A DNA stretch of 64,000 bases from a virus (Duplodnaviria; Caudoviricetes). This document shows, in pieces, positions 28,400 to 37,507 of this stretch. The notes beneath the pieces are model-generated. The model did no database searches. It worked only from the letters and a program-made list of their open reading frames with translations, and was not told the origin of the DNA. How positions within the stretch are numbered: the first letter of the stretch is position 1; each line of letters begins with the position of its first letter. The stretch lies in IMG/VR virus record IMGVR_UViG_3300009082_000959. One strand, 5' to 3'. The translations under genes were made by a program, and so were the position numbers.

Positions 28400-29170
28400 A
28401 TGAAGTATAATATAGGCGACAGAGTTTTTGCAAACGACGTAGAAATACGGGGCAATCTTACAATTGTGGGAGCAACCACGGGTCTTGCTCTAGACGGTTA
28501 TGCATTAGATTCTGCGCTAGACTCCAATTGGGCCGAGCTTAACTCTCAAACACAAGCTTTACGAGACGCTTGTGACGGTTATGGTGCGCCAGATACTACA
28601 ACCATAGATGCCCATTGGACTGAGTTAAATAGCCAAACACAAAGCCTGCGCGATGTTCTAGATGATTCAGACGGGTATGTGCTTTGTGATGGTTCTCGTC
28701 CTTTAACCGGTTTATTGAAATTTGAGGGAACTACGGCAGATTACCCGGCTCTCAAGGCCGTAGGAAATGGTTTACATGCACGATTGGCTAGTGACGACGG
28801 CTATTGTTTTGTCTCTGTTGGCAACTTAGAAATTAATGGACAAGCCTGGAGCACAATACCCGCTGTCCTAACTCCTACTGGCACCACACAGAACATAGAC
28901 TGGAGCTTGGGTGCATATCAGATACTAGACTTGGAATCGGCCAGTGGTAACGTTACTTTAACCTTTTCTGACGAAAAAGCTGGTGCAAGTTATGTTTTAG
29001 AAATACGTCAAGATTCGTCGGTAGCTCTAACCGTAACTTTCCCAGATAATGTGTGGTGGGCAGACGGAATCAGCCCTGTCATATCTATTGGCGCAAATGC
29101 TGTAGATGTATGCACTTTCGTCTTTAACGGCGCTAATTTTTTTGGTAGCTGTGGTAAAAACTACTCCTAA
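28400..29170 (+). CDS. Short fibre protein, paralog of 35438-36853
   Basis: Two WAELNxQTQxLRDxxDGY units; C-terminal domain matches 35438 through GKN(Y/F)S. Confidence 0.75.
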   Translation: MKYNIGDRVFANDVEIRGNLTIVGATTGLALDGYALDSALDSNWAELNSQTQALRDACDGYGAPDTTTIDAHWTELNSQTQSLRDVLDDSDGYVLCDGSRPLTGLLKFEGTTADYPALKAVGNGLHARLASDDGYCFVSVGNLEINGQAWSTIPAVLTPTGTTQNIDWSLGAYQILDLESASGNVTLTFSDEKAGASYVLEIRQDSSVALTVTFPDNVWWADGISPVISIGANAVDVCTFVFNGANFFGSCGKNYS

Positions 29171-29400
29171 TGCTTTATAATAACCTACTACAAAACATTG
29201 GCTGCCAAAACCCCCACTTTTAAGATTTTTGACGGTGTAAATAATTTAATTTCATTCGAGGTAGTGCTGCCCCAACAAGGAAATAAGAGTCACTAACAAA
29301 TAATCAGATTGACGACCGAATATTGGCTATTGAAACTTTACTCACAGATTTACAAGAAGATATTAACCAGCTACCAGAAAACTTGTACTGGTTTGGCTGA
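29170..29400 (+). pseudogene. Degenerate gene remnant
   Basis: ATG 29170 reads MLYNN... and stops at 29221; a shifted frame gives PTFKIF (compare MLY...PTFEVF of 37508); another frame (29287-29400) reads ESLTNNQIDDRILAIETLLTDLQ...* without a start. Confidence 0.45.
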
Positions 29401-29437
29401 AATAAAACACCACTGTCGACAATGAAATTCACAACTC

Positions 29438-29449
29438 TCTACTAATATT
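29438..29449 (+). promoter_or_regulatory. Variant promoter motif TCTACTAATATT
   Basis: Intergenic match to TCTA-nn-AATATT. Confidence 0.4.
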
Positions 29450-29558
29450 TATTTTAATTTATGGGGAAACCCAATAAACCTTTTGAGAGAAACGATGCCT
29501 GAACTATTAGAGCAAGAAACGCAAGAAGACTCCGAACCTCCAAGTAAAAGAGCAAGTT

Positions 29559-29825
29559 ATGCTAACCCTAATATTGCTGTTCACGATATCCGTTGTGTTA
29601 GAGGTCCTAATAGTTGGATGCACTCTTGCTATAACACATCGAAAAATATTATTAGCCGCGCTTTTGTCGGCCTCTATAGAGCCATTAAAAGCAGCAGCAA
29701 TTATACTAGTTGTGGATGGGGACCAAAGGATAATAATGATTTTGCTGCTATCTATATCTTGCTTCGTAGGTAATATTTTAGCATTTTATGGATTTGATAG
29801 GATTTTCAAAAAGAAAGAAAAATAA
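29559..29825 (+). CDS. Small multi-pass membrane protein
   Basis: About three hydrophobic helices and a basic C-terminus (KKKEK). Confidence 0.6.
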   Translation: MLTLILLFTISVVLEVLIVGCTLAITHRKILLAALLSASIEPLKAAAIILVVDGDQRIIMILLLSISCFVGNILAFYGFDRIFKKKEK

Positions 29826-29844
29826 CTAACTTTTTGAGGCACCT

Positions 29845-30501
29845 ATGCGTACTTTAGTTGTTTCTGATTTGCATTCTGGCGATCCAAGATGTGAAAACAC
29901 TAGTTTTGTTTTAAAAGTATTGCGCGAAACTAATTACGATCAGCTAATATTGAACGGCGATATAGTTGATTTATGGTTAGTTAGCCCAGCCCAAATAAAA
30001 ACTCATCCGGTTGTAATCGAGTTATCGCGGATAGCAAAAAACAAAAAGGTTATCTGGGTTCTTGGAAATCATGACTGGGATGCTCGTGGCCAAAACATAA
30101 TACCGGGCGCAGAAGAAGTAGAATCCTATACTTTAAAAACCAGCAACCATGATGTGTTTTTTATACACGGGCACCAGGTTTATGAATTTCAGAATATGCC
30201 GTGGTATTCTAAATTACTAACAAAAATAAATTTTTGGTTTTGGCAAAAAACTGGAATTAATTTTCAAAGATTTCTTAATCGCGGTCCAATGTATGTGTGG
30301 CTAATTAGATATAGAAGAAAAGAAATAATAAAACAATATAAAGATAAATCAAACACAATAGTTATTGGTCATACTCACCTTTTTGGTTGCTCTAGTTCGT
30401 CTAAAACAACCGTCTTTGATATCGGTAGTCTTCCGATACGCAAAACCTACTGCATCATAAACGATAACGGTGACGTTTTGCTTCAAAAATTCCAATATTA
30501 G
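29845..30501 (+). CDS. Calcineurin-like metallophosphoesterase (LpxH-like)
   Basis: SDLH, GDIVD, GNHD, HGH and GHTH motifs. Confidence 0.92.
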   Translation: MRTLVVSDLHSGDPRCENTSFVLKVLRETNYDQLILNGDIVDLWLVSPAQIKTHPVVIELSRIAKNKKVIWVLGNHDWDARGQNIIPGAEEVESYTLKTSNHDVFFIHGHQVYEFQNMPWYSKLLTKINFWFWQKTGINFQRFLNRGPMYVWLIRYRRKEIIKQYKDKSNTIVIGHTHLFGCSSSSKTTVFDIGSLPIRKTYCIINDNGDVLLQKFQY

Positions 30502-30507
30502 TTGCTC

Positions 30508-30521
30508 AATCTATCAATATT
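30508..30521 (+). promoter_or_regulatory. Conserved motif AATCTATCAATATT, copy 3 (upstream of the cold-shock gene)
   Basis: Exact match to 752 and 18289. Confidence 0.6.
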
Positions 30522-30539
30522 TTGACTTTAAATTGTAAG

Positions 30540-30597
30540 GATTGGTTTGCCTTGCGTTAGGCAGGCACCAATCTAATCAAGGCGGGAAGTAACCCGC
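30540..30597 (+). promoter_or_regulatory. Structured 5' leader of the cold-shock gene (two hairpins)
   Basis: GATTGGT/ACCAATC with TGCCT/AGGCA stem; GCGGG-aagtaa-CCCGC; then AAGGAG RBS. Confidence 0.5.
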
Positions 30598-30618
30598 AAA
30601 TTAAAGGAGAAGTACAAG

Positions 30619-30849
30619 ATGGCGCAAGTTTTTACAGGAAAGGTTTGTTGGTTTGATCCGGCTCGTGGAATTGGTTTTATTTCAAAGGATGACGGAACTG
30701 GTGATGTTTTCGTTCACTGGACCAATATAGAAATGGAAGGATTTAAGACACTAAAACCAGGTCAGCCTGTTTCTTTTGAGATGGGCGAGAATAACCGCGG
30801 CCCGCAAAGTATAAAAGTAAAATTGTTGGGAACACCAGCAAAGAGCTAA
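30619..30849 (+). CDS. cspA: Cold-shock domain protein
   Basis: GKVCWF, RNP1-like GIGFI, RNP2 VFVHW, GFKTLKPGQPVSF, GPQ. Confidence 0.93.
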   Translation: MAQVFTGKVCWFDPARGIGFISKDDGTGDVFVHWTNIEMEGFKTLKPGQPVSFEMGENNRGPQSIKVKLLGTPAKS

Positions 30850-30872
30850 ACCAGCAAAAGAGGAGCAAAAAA

Positions 30873-31883
30873 ATGAAAGTTAAGAACAACAATGTTTTGT
30901 GGTTGTTGAATACCACGAAACATGCCGTAAGTATTAGTGATTTGGGCGTTAAAGTTGCACCAGGAAACACCGTGAATATTTACAAACACAACCCATATTT
31001 GACAAAGGAACAGGTCGATTGTTCCCTTAAGTCTGGATCACTTGCTAGCCATCTTGCATCAAAAACTGTAAAAATAGTTAATAAGAATGTAAGTTCTGTG
31101 GCAGATACTATTGGCAAAATAAAAGCAAGTAAAGAGGGTAATAGCAAGGCAATAAAGACAAAATCATCTGTAGTATTAGATTCCAGTTCCCAAAACGAAG
31201 AAGATGGAGAGTCCTTTGATTTTGCAGACTATGGTGTATCTGACATAGGTGCGCTTAGTAAAAGGCAAAATGATGGTTCAGTTGTTATGAAAACAGAACC
31301 ACTTGCAGAAAAACCCCAAAGCACTGAGACCAAATTAGAACCACAAGTTGAATCTGGCGTAAGCAAGCAATCTCAAATTGTTATGAAAGTAACACAGGAA
31401 GCAATGGTTGATCCCACTGGTCCTATTGCTCCTGCATCACAACCAACAACATCACAACCATTCACCGTTGTAAAACCTGAGGAAAAAGAAGGTGTTTGGT
31501 GTGCTGTGGCCGATGATGGAAAAATTCTCACATCCAAAGACGGTAGTGTTTTGGTTGAGGGAGCGCAAGAATCAGAAGAACCAACTAGCTTTTCACAAGA
31601 GCAGCAGACGTACAAGTCCTATGTTCGCGACACCCACAAGGACGAAAGTGGAGCAATTGTGGTAGGAAATGCTCCTGCTCGCTCAATAAAGAAAATTTCA
31701 CAGCAACCGGAATCAGAAGCAGATGGAGCACTTGGTGACGCAGATGATTCTGTTATAGTGTTTGGTGACGTTGGAGAACAGGTAAGGGAACCCGAAAAAC
31801 TAGACGATGGCGCAATCGTTATGAAGGTTGAACCAGAGCCAGAGCCTGTTAAGAGAGTTAGAAAGAAGAAAGTGAAAGAATAA
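30873..31883 (+). CDS. Hypothetical protein with a low-complexity C-terminal half
   Basis: AGGAG RBS; repeated DDG(S/A)(V/I)VM(K)-like motifs. Confidence 0.75.
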   Translation: MKVKNNNVLWLLNTTKHAVSISDLGVKVAPGNTVNIYKHNPYLTKEQVDCSLKSGSLASHLASKTVKIVNKNVSSVADTIGKIKASKEGNSKAIKTKSSVVLDSSSQNEEDGESFDFADYGVSDIGALSKRQNDGSVVMKTEPLAEKPQSTETKLEPQVESGVSKQSQIVMKVTQEAMVDPTGPIAPASQPTTSQPFTVVKPEEKEGVWCAVADDGKILTSKDGSVLVEGAQESEEPTSFSQEQQTYKSYVRDTHKDESGAIVVGNAPARSIKKISQQPESEADGALGDADDSVIVFGDVGEQVREPEKLDDGAIVMKVEPEPEPVKRVRKKKVKE

Positions 31884-31905
31884 TATTTTATTTGGAGCGT
31901 AGTAA

Positions 31906-32796
31906 ATGGCCTGTCATCGTGTCGGAATACGCGGAAGAACAGTGGAATTGTATGTTCAATTCGTCGATTCTGCTGGAAATCCAACAAACGCCGATGACAC
32001 GCCCCAAGTAGAAATACGCGATTCCGCTGGAACTATTTTACAAGCATCCACAAATCTTGGTGTTGGTTTATCTAACGGCCAAGCAGGTCTTTACTACCTA
32101 ATATACACAATTCCAGAAACAGCTGCTGACGGATACGCGGAAGACAAATGGACTGCGGAAATTGGCGGAGTTGAGATAGAAAATACTTTTGAGTTTTTAA
32201 TTTCAACCTCTGGTGATGTTGATGATTCGTGTCCCCCAGATTTTACTCCAGGCGATTTAGTTGCGTGGGATTTTTCAAAAGAAGAATCTTATGGAATAAA
32301 TATTCTTTTAAGGCTTGTAAAAGCAAGAGTAAAAAATAATGGAACAAGAAAGGTAAGAGAAGGCGATCATTACATAGACATTCCCTGCAATATATTTACT
32401 GACGACGAGCTGGTTTGTTTTTTGGTAAATAGTCTATCAAGCTTCAATCAGTACCCACACTTTACTCAATTTACTTTTGCTGATCCCGCCATTTACGGGA
32501 TTTTTAGCGAAATAATTACACAGGGTGGTGTGTTATTGGCCCTAGCAGCACAGTCACTAATAGAAAAGGGCAAAGAATTCACAATAACTGATAATGGTGT
32601 TGCTTATCAACCACCAATGGTTGCCGATTTGCTTAGCTCGCAGTATAGTGCACAATTAGCAGACTACAAAGAGAAACTCAAAATGATAAAAAACTCAATT
32701 AAACCTGCTCCACGTGGTCAGGGCACCTTCAGATCTTTGGGCATGAACCCAAGCTACCTTCGTCTGAGGCACCTTCGATCACATCAAATTGTATAA
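31906..32796 (+). CDS. Probable head-tail adaptor (neck) protein with an N-terminal Ig-like domain
   Basis: IFTDDEL..FL..SLS.FN..P, LALAAQSLIEKG.EFTITDNG; helical adaptor-like pattern; GGAG RBS. Confidence 0.5.
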   Translation: MACHRVGIRGRTVELYVQFVDSAGNPTNADDTPQVEIRDSAGTILQASTNLGVGLSNGQAGLYYLIYTIPETAADGYAEDKWTAEIGGVEIENTFEFLISTSGDVDDSCPPDFTPGDLVAWDFSKEESYGINILLRLVKARVKNNGTRKVREGDHYIDIPCNIFTDDELVCFLVNSLSSFNQYPHFTQFTFADPAIYGIFSEIITQGGVLLALAAQSLIEKGKEFTITDNGVAYQPPMVADLLSSQYSAQLADYKEKLKMIKNSIKPAPRGQGTFRSLGMNPSYLRLRHLRSHQIV

Positions 32797-32813
32797 CGAT
32801 TTCAAGGAGTTAT

Positions 32814-33851
32814 ATGACAGACACTTATCACAAGAGACAAAAACAAGCGGGAGAGAAACAGGGTAGGGGAACGGTTTGGTCTGAGGAAGAGTTGAATTTT
32901 TTGAGAGAAAATTACAGGGCAGACAAGAAACAGGAATTGATTGGCAAACTTAATAGGCGTTGGCCAGCAATTACGCATATGGCTGGGAAACTGGGGTTTA
33001 AATTCGATAAATCTGGAATGACATATAATGTCATTTGGACTGATGAAGAAGAAACTTATTTAATTGATAATTATGCTTCCGGTGATTTAAAAGAAATTGC
33101 AGAAAAATTAGGTAGAACAAAAAAGGCAATTACTGAAAGAGCGAAATTACTAAAGATACAAAGAGACTACGACATCGTTAGGAAACAGTGCCATCATTAC
33201 ACTATTAATGAGGATTTTTTCAAGGTTTGGTCGGATGATATGGCATACATACTTGGGTTAATTTGGACTGATGGTTGTATTCTTGATAATGATTATTGCG
33301 TAGATATAACCCAGCACGTAAAAGACAAATATATTTTAGAAAAAATAAACACACTTATTGGCAGTAATAGGCCAATCAGGAGAGACAGAAATACATCTGT
33401 TTTTGCTATTAATAATAAAATAATATATGAGGATTTGCTTTCCTTGGGGCTTATACAAAGAAAATCAAAAACTGTAGATGTTCCTATTAATTTACCAAGC
33501 AATCACATACCATCATTTATTAGGGGTGTTATGGATGGAGACGGCTCTGTGAACACAAAAGCAAAACGAATGAGGATTTGCACTGCTAGTAAAAAGTTTG
33601 CAGACGGAATTTGTGGGATGTTGTCACAACTAAACGTAGAACAAAAAACCTATAATATGGCATATGTTTTAAGAGACAGCCACAAGGTCAAAAAACAAGA
33701 TCAGGTTCCCGGTGACATTAAAACAGATTTTTATGTCATAGAGATTATTAGGAGAGATAGTGTAAAAAAATTATATCACCTAATGTATGACAACCAAAGT
33801 TTATATTTGGATAGAAAGAAAGAATCATTTGATAAAATGTGCTTAATTTAG
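32814..33851 (+). CDS. LAGLIDADG homing endonuclease with N-terminal Myb/HTH-like repeats
   Basis: W(S/T)(E/D)EE repeats; AYILGLIWTDGCI; FIRGVMDGDGSV. Confidence 0.88.
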   Translation: MTDTYHKRQKQAGEKQGRGTVWSEEELNFLRENYRADKKQELIGKLNRRWPAITHMAGKLGFKFDKSGMTYNVIWTDEEETYLIDNYASGDLKEIAEKLGRTKKAITERAKLLKIQRDYDIVRKQCHHYTINEDFFKVWSDDMAYILGLIWTDGCILDNDYCVDITQHVKDKYILEKINTLIGSNRPIRRDRNTSVFAINNKIIYEDLLSLGLIQRKSKTVDVPINLPSNHIPSFIRGVMDGDGSVNTKAKRMRICTASKKFADGICGMLSQLNVEQKTYNMAYVLRDSHKVKKQDQVPGDIKTDFYVIEIIRRDSVKKLYHLMYDNQSLYLDRKKESFDKMCLI

Positions 33852-33869
33852 CACATTCAAGGAGAAATA

Positions 33870-34103
33870 ATGGCATCCAATACTTTTGCTGGCGGAACAA
33901 CGGATGAGACGGTTGTTTTCGATAAGCCAATAAACTATTTAAATATTTTTGTCGGCACAGGAGTAACATTTGCCGTAAGTCTCGATAAAGGAGAGAATTT
34001 TTTAAGTCTTCCCGTCGGATTTCATAGTTTTTTTATAGGCCATGTTAAAGAAGTTCAAGTTCAGTCTTCTGGAGCTTGGCAACTAATTGGAGTTCAGGCG
34101 TAA
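33870..34103 (+). CDS. Small beta-rich virion protein
   Basis: AAGGAG RBS; 77 aa. Confidence 0.65.
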   Translation: MASNTFAGGTTDETVVFDKPINYLNIFVGTGVTFAVSLDKGENFLSLPVGFHSFFIGHVKEVQVQSSGAWQLIGVQA

Positions 34104-34106
34104 ATA

Positions 34107-34289
34107 ATGGAGTTACAAACAATGAGTTATCATGAAATTGAAATAATGCTTACAGCTATTAAAGATTTCATAGATAGTTTAAATGAAACAATTGCTAACA
34201 ACGCAATAGATGACGTAAGAAGAACAAATGAGCAGTATCGTGAGGCAATTAAGTTGGTTGGTGAAATAGATGGCCGCATTAAAAGATAA
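34107..34289 (+). CDS. Small hypothetical helical protein
   Basis: 60-aa ORF coupled to its neighbours. Confidence 0.5.
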   Translation: MELQTMSYHEIEIMLTAIKDFIDSLNETIANNAIDDVRRTNEQYREAIKLVGEIDGRIKR

Positions 34290-34728
34290 TATAGCAGAAG
34301 ATCTTGCAAAAAGTCTTGAGTCTGCTACACATCTTATGAAGAATCTTCTTGGAGACATAAAAGATAATGCGGCATCAGCAGCGGCAGTTAAGTCAAAGTT
34401 AGAGTCGTTGTCAGATAATGTTGCAACACTATTACACGATAGCAACGGTAGAGGCTCTGTCATTACCAGGCTAACACTGGTTGAAAAAGAAATTGAAAAC
34501 CTAGAAGAAAGATTTGATGATTTTGAAAAAGACACTGCTGATTCTTTTTTAGATATTAAGTCTGGTATCAAAGAACAAAAAAAATTCGAAGAAGCTACAC
34601 TTAGTCAGGAAAAAACCTTCAGGCGCGACAAACTAATAACAAAATTAAAATTAGCGGCAGTAATTGCTCCTGGAACTTTATCATTAATAATATTGGCACT
34701 AAAAGCCTTAACAGGACTTGTTCCCTAG
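34270..34728 (+). CDS. Coiled-coil protein with a C-terminal transmembrane helix (holin/XhlA-like architecture)
   Basis: Heptad region followed by LAAVIAPGTLSLIILALKALTGLVP. Confidence 0.55.
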   Translation: MAALKDNIAEDLAKSLESATHLMKNLLGDIKDNAASAAAVKSKLESLSDNVATLLHDSNGRGSVITRLTLVEKEIENLEERFDDFEKDTADSFLDIKSGIKEQKKFEEATLSQEKTFRRDKLITKLKLAAVIAPGTLSLIILALKALTGLVP

Positions 34729-34736
34729 GAAAAAAT

Positions 34737-34970
34737 ATGAAAGATTTAGATAAATTACAAATTAATTACATAGGGTATAAAGAACCAGAGTCAGTAATGG
34801 AATTGGAAATAGAAATTGCTGGTCTGCGAACGGCGATTGCTTTTGCACAACAGAGAATTGCTGTTTTGGAACAAAGCTTAAAAATCCGCGATCTTATAGA
34901 GCAAAACGGAGCGACGAAACATGAGACGACTATCGATCAGGGAACCGGCGACTCTAAAACGAATAAGTAG
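34737..34970 (+). CDS. Small coiled-coil protein
   Basis: ELEIEIAGLRTAIAFAQQRIAVLEQSL. Confidence 0.55.
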   Translation: MKDLDKLQINYIGYKEPESVMELEIEIAGLRTAIAFAQQRIAVLEQSLKIRDLIEQNGATKHETTIDQGTGDSKTNK

Positions 34971-35436
34971 TAGAGAACTCCCGAACACAGACAAAATAAT
35001 CGCTCTAATGCGCGAGTCTGTAAAAAAAGATCCAGTAATAAAAGAAAAATTCAAAGAGTATGGCGTTTCTATCAGCGAAATAGACGATATCCCTGTTTGT
35101 TTTTGTGATCTTGATGTTTCTGCAAAAACAAAAGATAAGAAAATTTACCTAAATATTGGAATGTTGTTTGACAGGAACATCAATCCAACACATTATTTGA
35201 TTCACGAATTAATACACTTTCTACAACAAAAAACCGGGTTAAATAAAAATGAATCCGATACAGAAGATTATTTGGACAAAGAAAGTGAAAAAGAGGCATT
35301 TCAAGCACAAGTAGATTACAAAAAAAGAGATGAAGGCGAACACGGCGCAGAGGAATATGTCGACGGGTTACTGGATCATCACGGACTTAGTGGCAAAAAA
35401 CGAAAAAATAAGAAAAAAGAATTAATGGACGAATAA
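34921..35436 (+). CDS. Putative zincin metallopeptidase
   Basis: HELIH (HExxH) with a downstream EKEAF glutamate. Confidence 0.65.
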   Translation: MRRLSIREPATLKRISSRELPNTDKIIALMRESVKKDPVIKEKFKEYGVSISEIDDIPVCFCDLDVSAKTKDKKIYLNIGMLFDRNINPTHYLIHELIHFLQQKTGLNKNESDTEDYLDKESEKEAFQAQVDYKKRDEGEHGAEEYVDGLLDHHGLSGKKRKNKKKELMDE

Positions 35437-35437
35437 C

Positions 35438-36853
35438 GTGCGAATACCAATTTGTAATTATAATATAGATGCACAGTGGCGTATTAGCTCCGATGGATAT
35501 TTGTATCGAGAGAACACAAATATCGGAATTGGAACAAGTACGCCCGATGAAAGATTGGTGGTAGATGGAGTAGTAAGTTTAGGATACGAATCAACTCCGG
35601 ATATTACAGATTTGCACGGAAAACTGTATGTTAATTCGGCTGGGGAGTTGCATTTCCTTAGTGCAACCCTAGGGGACATAAACTTAAACTCCATTAGTGA
35701 CTACGAACTTGCTTCAGTATCCAACGGCAGGTGGGCCGAACTTAACTCTCAAACTCAGGATTTGCGAACTGCTTGTGATGGGTATGGCGCTCCGGACACC
35801 ACCATAATAGATGCACATTGGGCCGAGCTAAATAATCAAACCCAAAATCTTAGGGATGCTTGCGACGGATATGCCTCGGGCCTAACAGCAGATCTAAATT
35901 GGGCAGAGTTAAATACACAAACACAAGCGCTCCGAAATGCTTGTGACGGTTATAGTGATTTAATAACCGGCATAGAAGATCTGGAAGTAGAGCATTATCA
36001 ACAGCAGAATGATATTCTGGTTACTATAATCAAAGATTTAGATGGTTATGCTTTAGACACCACAGTAGACTCCAATTGGGCAGAACTAAACAATCAAACG
36101 CAGGAGCTTAGAGATACTTGCGATGGATATGCTACCACTATCGCAGTTGAAGCAAACTGGGCCGAGTTAAATGATCAGACCCAGAACCTCAGAAACGCCT
36201 GTGACGGTTACGGCGCACCAGATACCACTACAATAGATGCTCATTGGGCTGAACTAAACAACCAAACACAGCAACTAAGAAACGCGGCCGATGGTTATGC
36301 TCTTGATTCAACTGTGGATTCAAATTGGATTGAAAATATTTCGCAGTCACAGGACATTAGAGACTCCTTAGATGGGTATGCGCTACTGGATGGCAGCAAA
36401 AACTTCGATCTTATTAAGTTTGACCAATCACAAATAAAGCCTGCTGGTGACGGATTAGTTTTGCGAAACTCCGCAGGTGATGGATATATGACTCTTTTAA
36501 CCACCGGTGACCTAGAAATAAACGGTGGCATAAATAATCCAGTTGTTACCTATACACCGGTTGGGACAACCCAAGAAATAAACCTAAACAATAGTAATAG
36601 TTTTATATTAGACCTGGGTAGTGCGGCAGGCAATGTTTCGTTAAATTTTTTTGGTGAAAGGGCTGGATCTAGCTTCTTCATAGTTGTAATACAAGACTCC
36701 GCAGTAGCAGTTGATGTTGTGTGGCAAAACAATGTGCTATGGTCTGATGGTGTTACTCCGGTTATTTCTACTGGTGCTGCGACAAGAGATTGCATTTCGT
36801 TTATTTTTGACGGTAGCTATTTCTACGGTAGCATCGGTAAGAATTTTAGTTAA
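35438..36853 (+). CDS. Long fibre protein with tandem WAELN-DGY repeats
   Basis: GTG start; IGIGTSTPDERLVVDG fibre motif; six canonical and two degenerate repeats; C-terminal domain shared with 28400. Confidence 0.78.
   Translation: MRIPICNYNIDAQWRISSDGYLYRENTNIGIGTSTPDERLVVDGVVSLGYESTPDITDLHGKLYVNSAGELHFLSATLGDINLNSISDYELASVSNGRWAELNSQTQDLRTACDGYGAPDTTIIDAHWAELNNQTQNLRDACDGYASGLTADLNWAELNTQTQALRNACDGYSDLITGIEDLEVEHYQQQNDILVTIIKDLDGYALDTTVDSNWAELNNQTQELRDTCDGYATTIAVEANWAELNDQTQNLRNACDGYGAPDTTTIDAHWAELNNQTQQLRNAADGYALDSTVDSNWIENISQSQDIRDSLDGYALLDGSKNFDLIKFDQSQIKPAGDGLVLRNSAGDGYMTLLTTGDLEINGGINNPVVTYTPVGTTQEINLNNSNSFILDLGSAAGNVSLNFFGERAGSSFFIVVIQDSAVAVDVVWQNNVLWSDGVTPVISTGAATRDCISFIFDGSYFYGSIGKNFS
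35732..36380 (+). repeat. Coding tandem repeats (~28-29 aa) WAELNxQTQxLRxACDGY
   Basis: Repeated tgggc(c/a/t)ga(a/g)..aa...aaac(t/c/a)ca...gc(t/c)tg(t/c)ga(c/t)gg at the DNA level. Confidence 0.92.
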
Positions 36854-36865
36854 GGTGAATAAATA

Positions 36866-37507
36866 ATGAAAGGTATTATTTATTTGGCAGCTGATACAAC
36901 TAACGATTTACAATATGTTGGACAAACTGTTCGTACACTTGAAAAAAGAAAACAAGGTGGTTATAATTCATACTTTCAAAATGCCATAAATCATCACGGT
37001 GATAAAATAGTATGGGATATAATTGGAGAGTTTGAAGAATCAGAACTGGATTTAATAGAACGTTGTTATATTTATAGTTTAGATACAGTTTATCCTAACG
37101 GATATAATTTTGACAGCGGTGGTTGTAAGCATAAACATATGTCTGAATCATCACGAAAGAAAATGAGTGAATCAAATAAGGGCAAAATAATATCAGATGA
37201 AACCAAACGCAAATTAAGTGAAGCAGCAAAAGGCAGAAAACACTCTGAAGAAACAAAAAGAAAAATTAGTGAGTCACTTAATGGCAAAACTCACACTGAT
37301 GATCGAAAATTAAAAATGTCAATTGCTGATGGTGGTAAATTGTTTTGCGTATATGATTTACAAGAAAATTTTATAGGTTTGTGGATAAATCAAGCAAAAT
37401 GTGCTAGGGACCTAGGATTACTAAGAACATCAATTAATAATTGTCTTAATAATAAAAGAAAAACTCACCACAACTATACTTTTCGATACTTAGTAGAGAA
37501 TAAATAA
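36866..37507 (+). CDS. GIY-YIG homing endonuclease with NUMOD3 repeats
   Basis: KGIIYL...YVGQT, NGYN, repeated HSEETKRKISES. Confidence 0.92.
   Translation: MKGIIYLAADTTNDLQYVGQTVRTLEKRKQGGYNSYFQNAINHHGDKIVWDIIGEFEESELDLIERCYIYSLDTVYPNGYNFDSGGCKHKHMSESSRKKMSESNKGKIISDETKRKLSEAAKGRKHSEETKRKISESLNGKTHTDDRKLKMSIADGGKLFCVYDLQENFIGLWINQAKCARDLGLLRTSINNCLNNKRKTHHNYTFRYLVENK

Noticed and set aside
29483-29773. Alternative + strand ORF overlapping the membrane protein gene
   Set aside because: The 29559-29825 frame has coherent TM helices and fits the spacing to the next gene; this frame has no recognisable features
33836-33857. Small hairpin AATGTGCT/AGCACATT at the end of the LAGLIDADG gene
   Set aside because: The stem is AT-rich with no U-tract and too weak to call
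35732-36380. Regularly spaced repeats that could be mistaken for a CRISPR array
   Set aside because: The repeats are in frame within a CDS, vary at synonymous positions, have no unique spacers, and there are no cas genes
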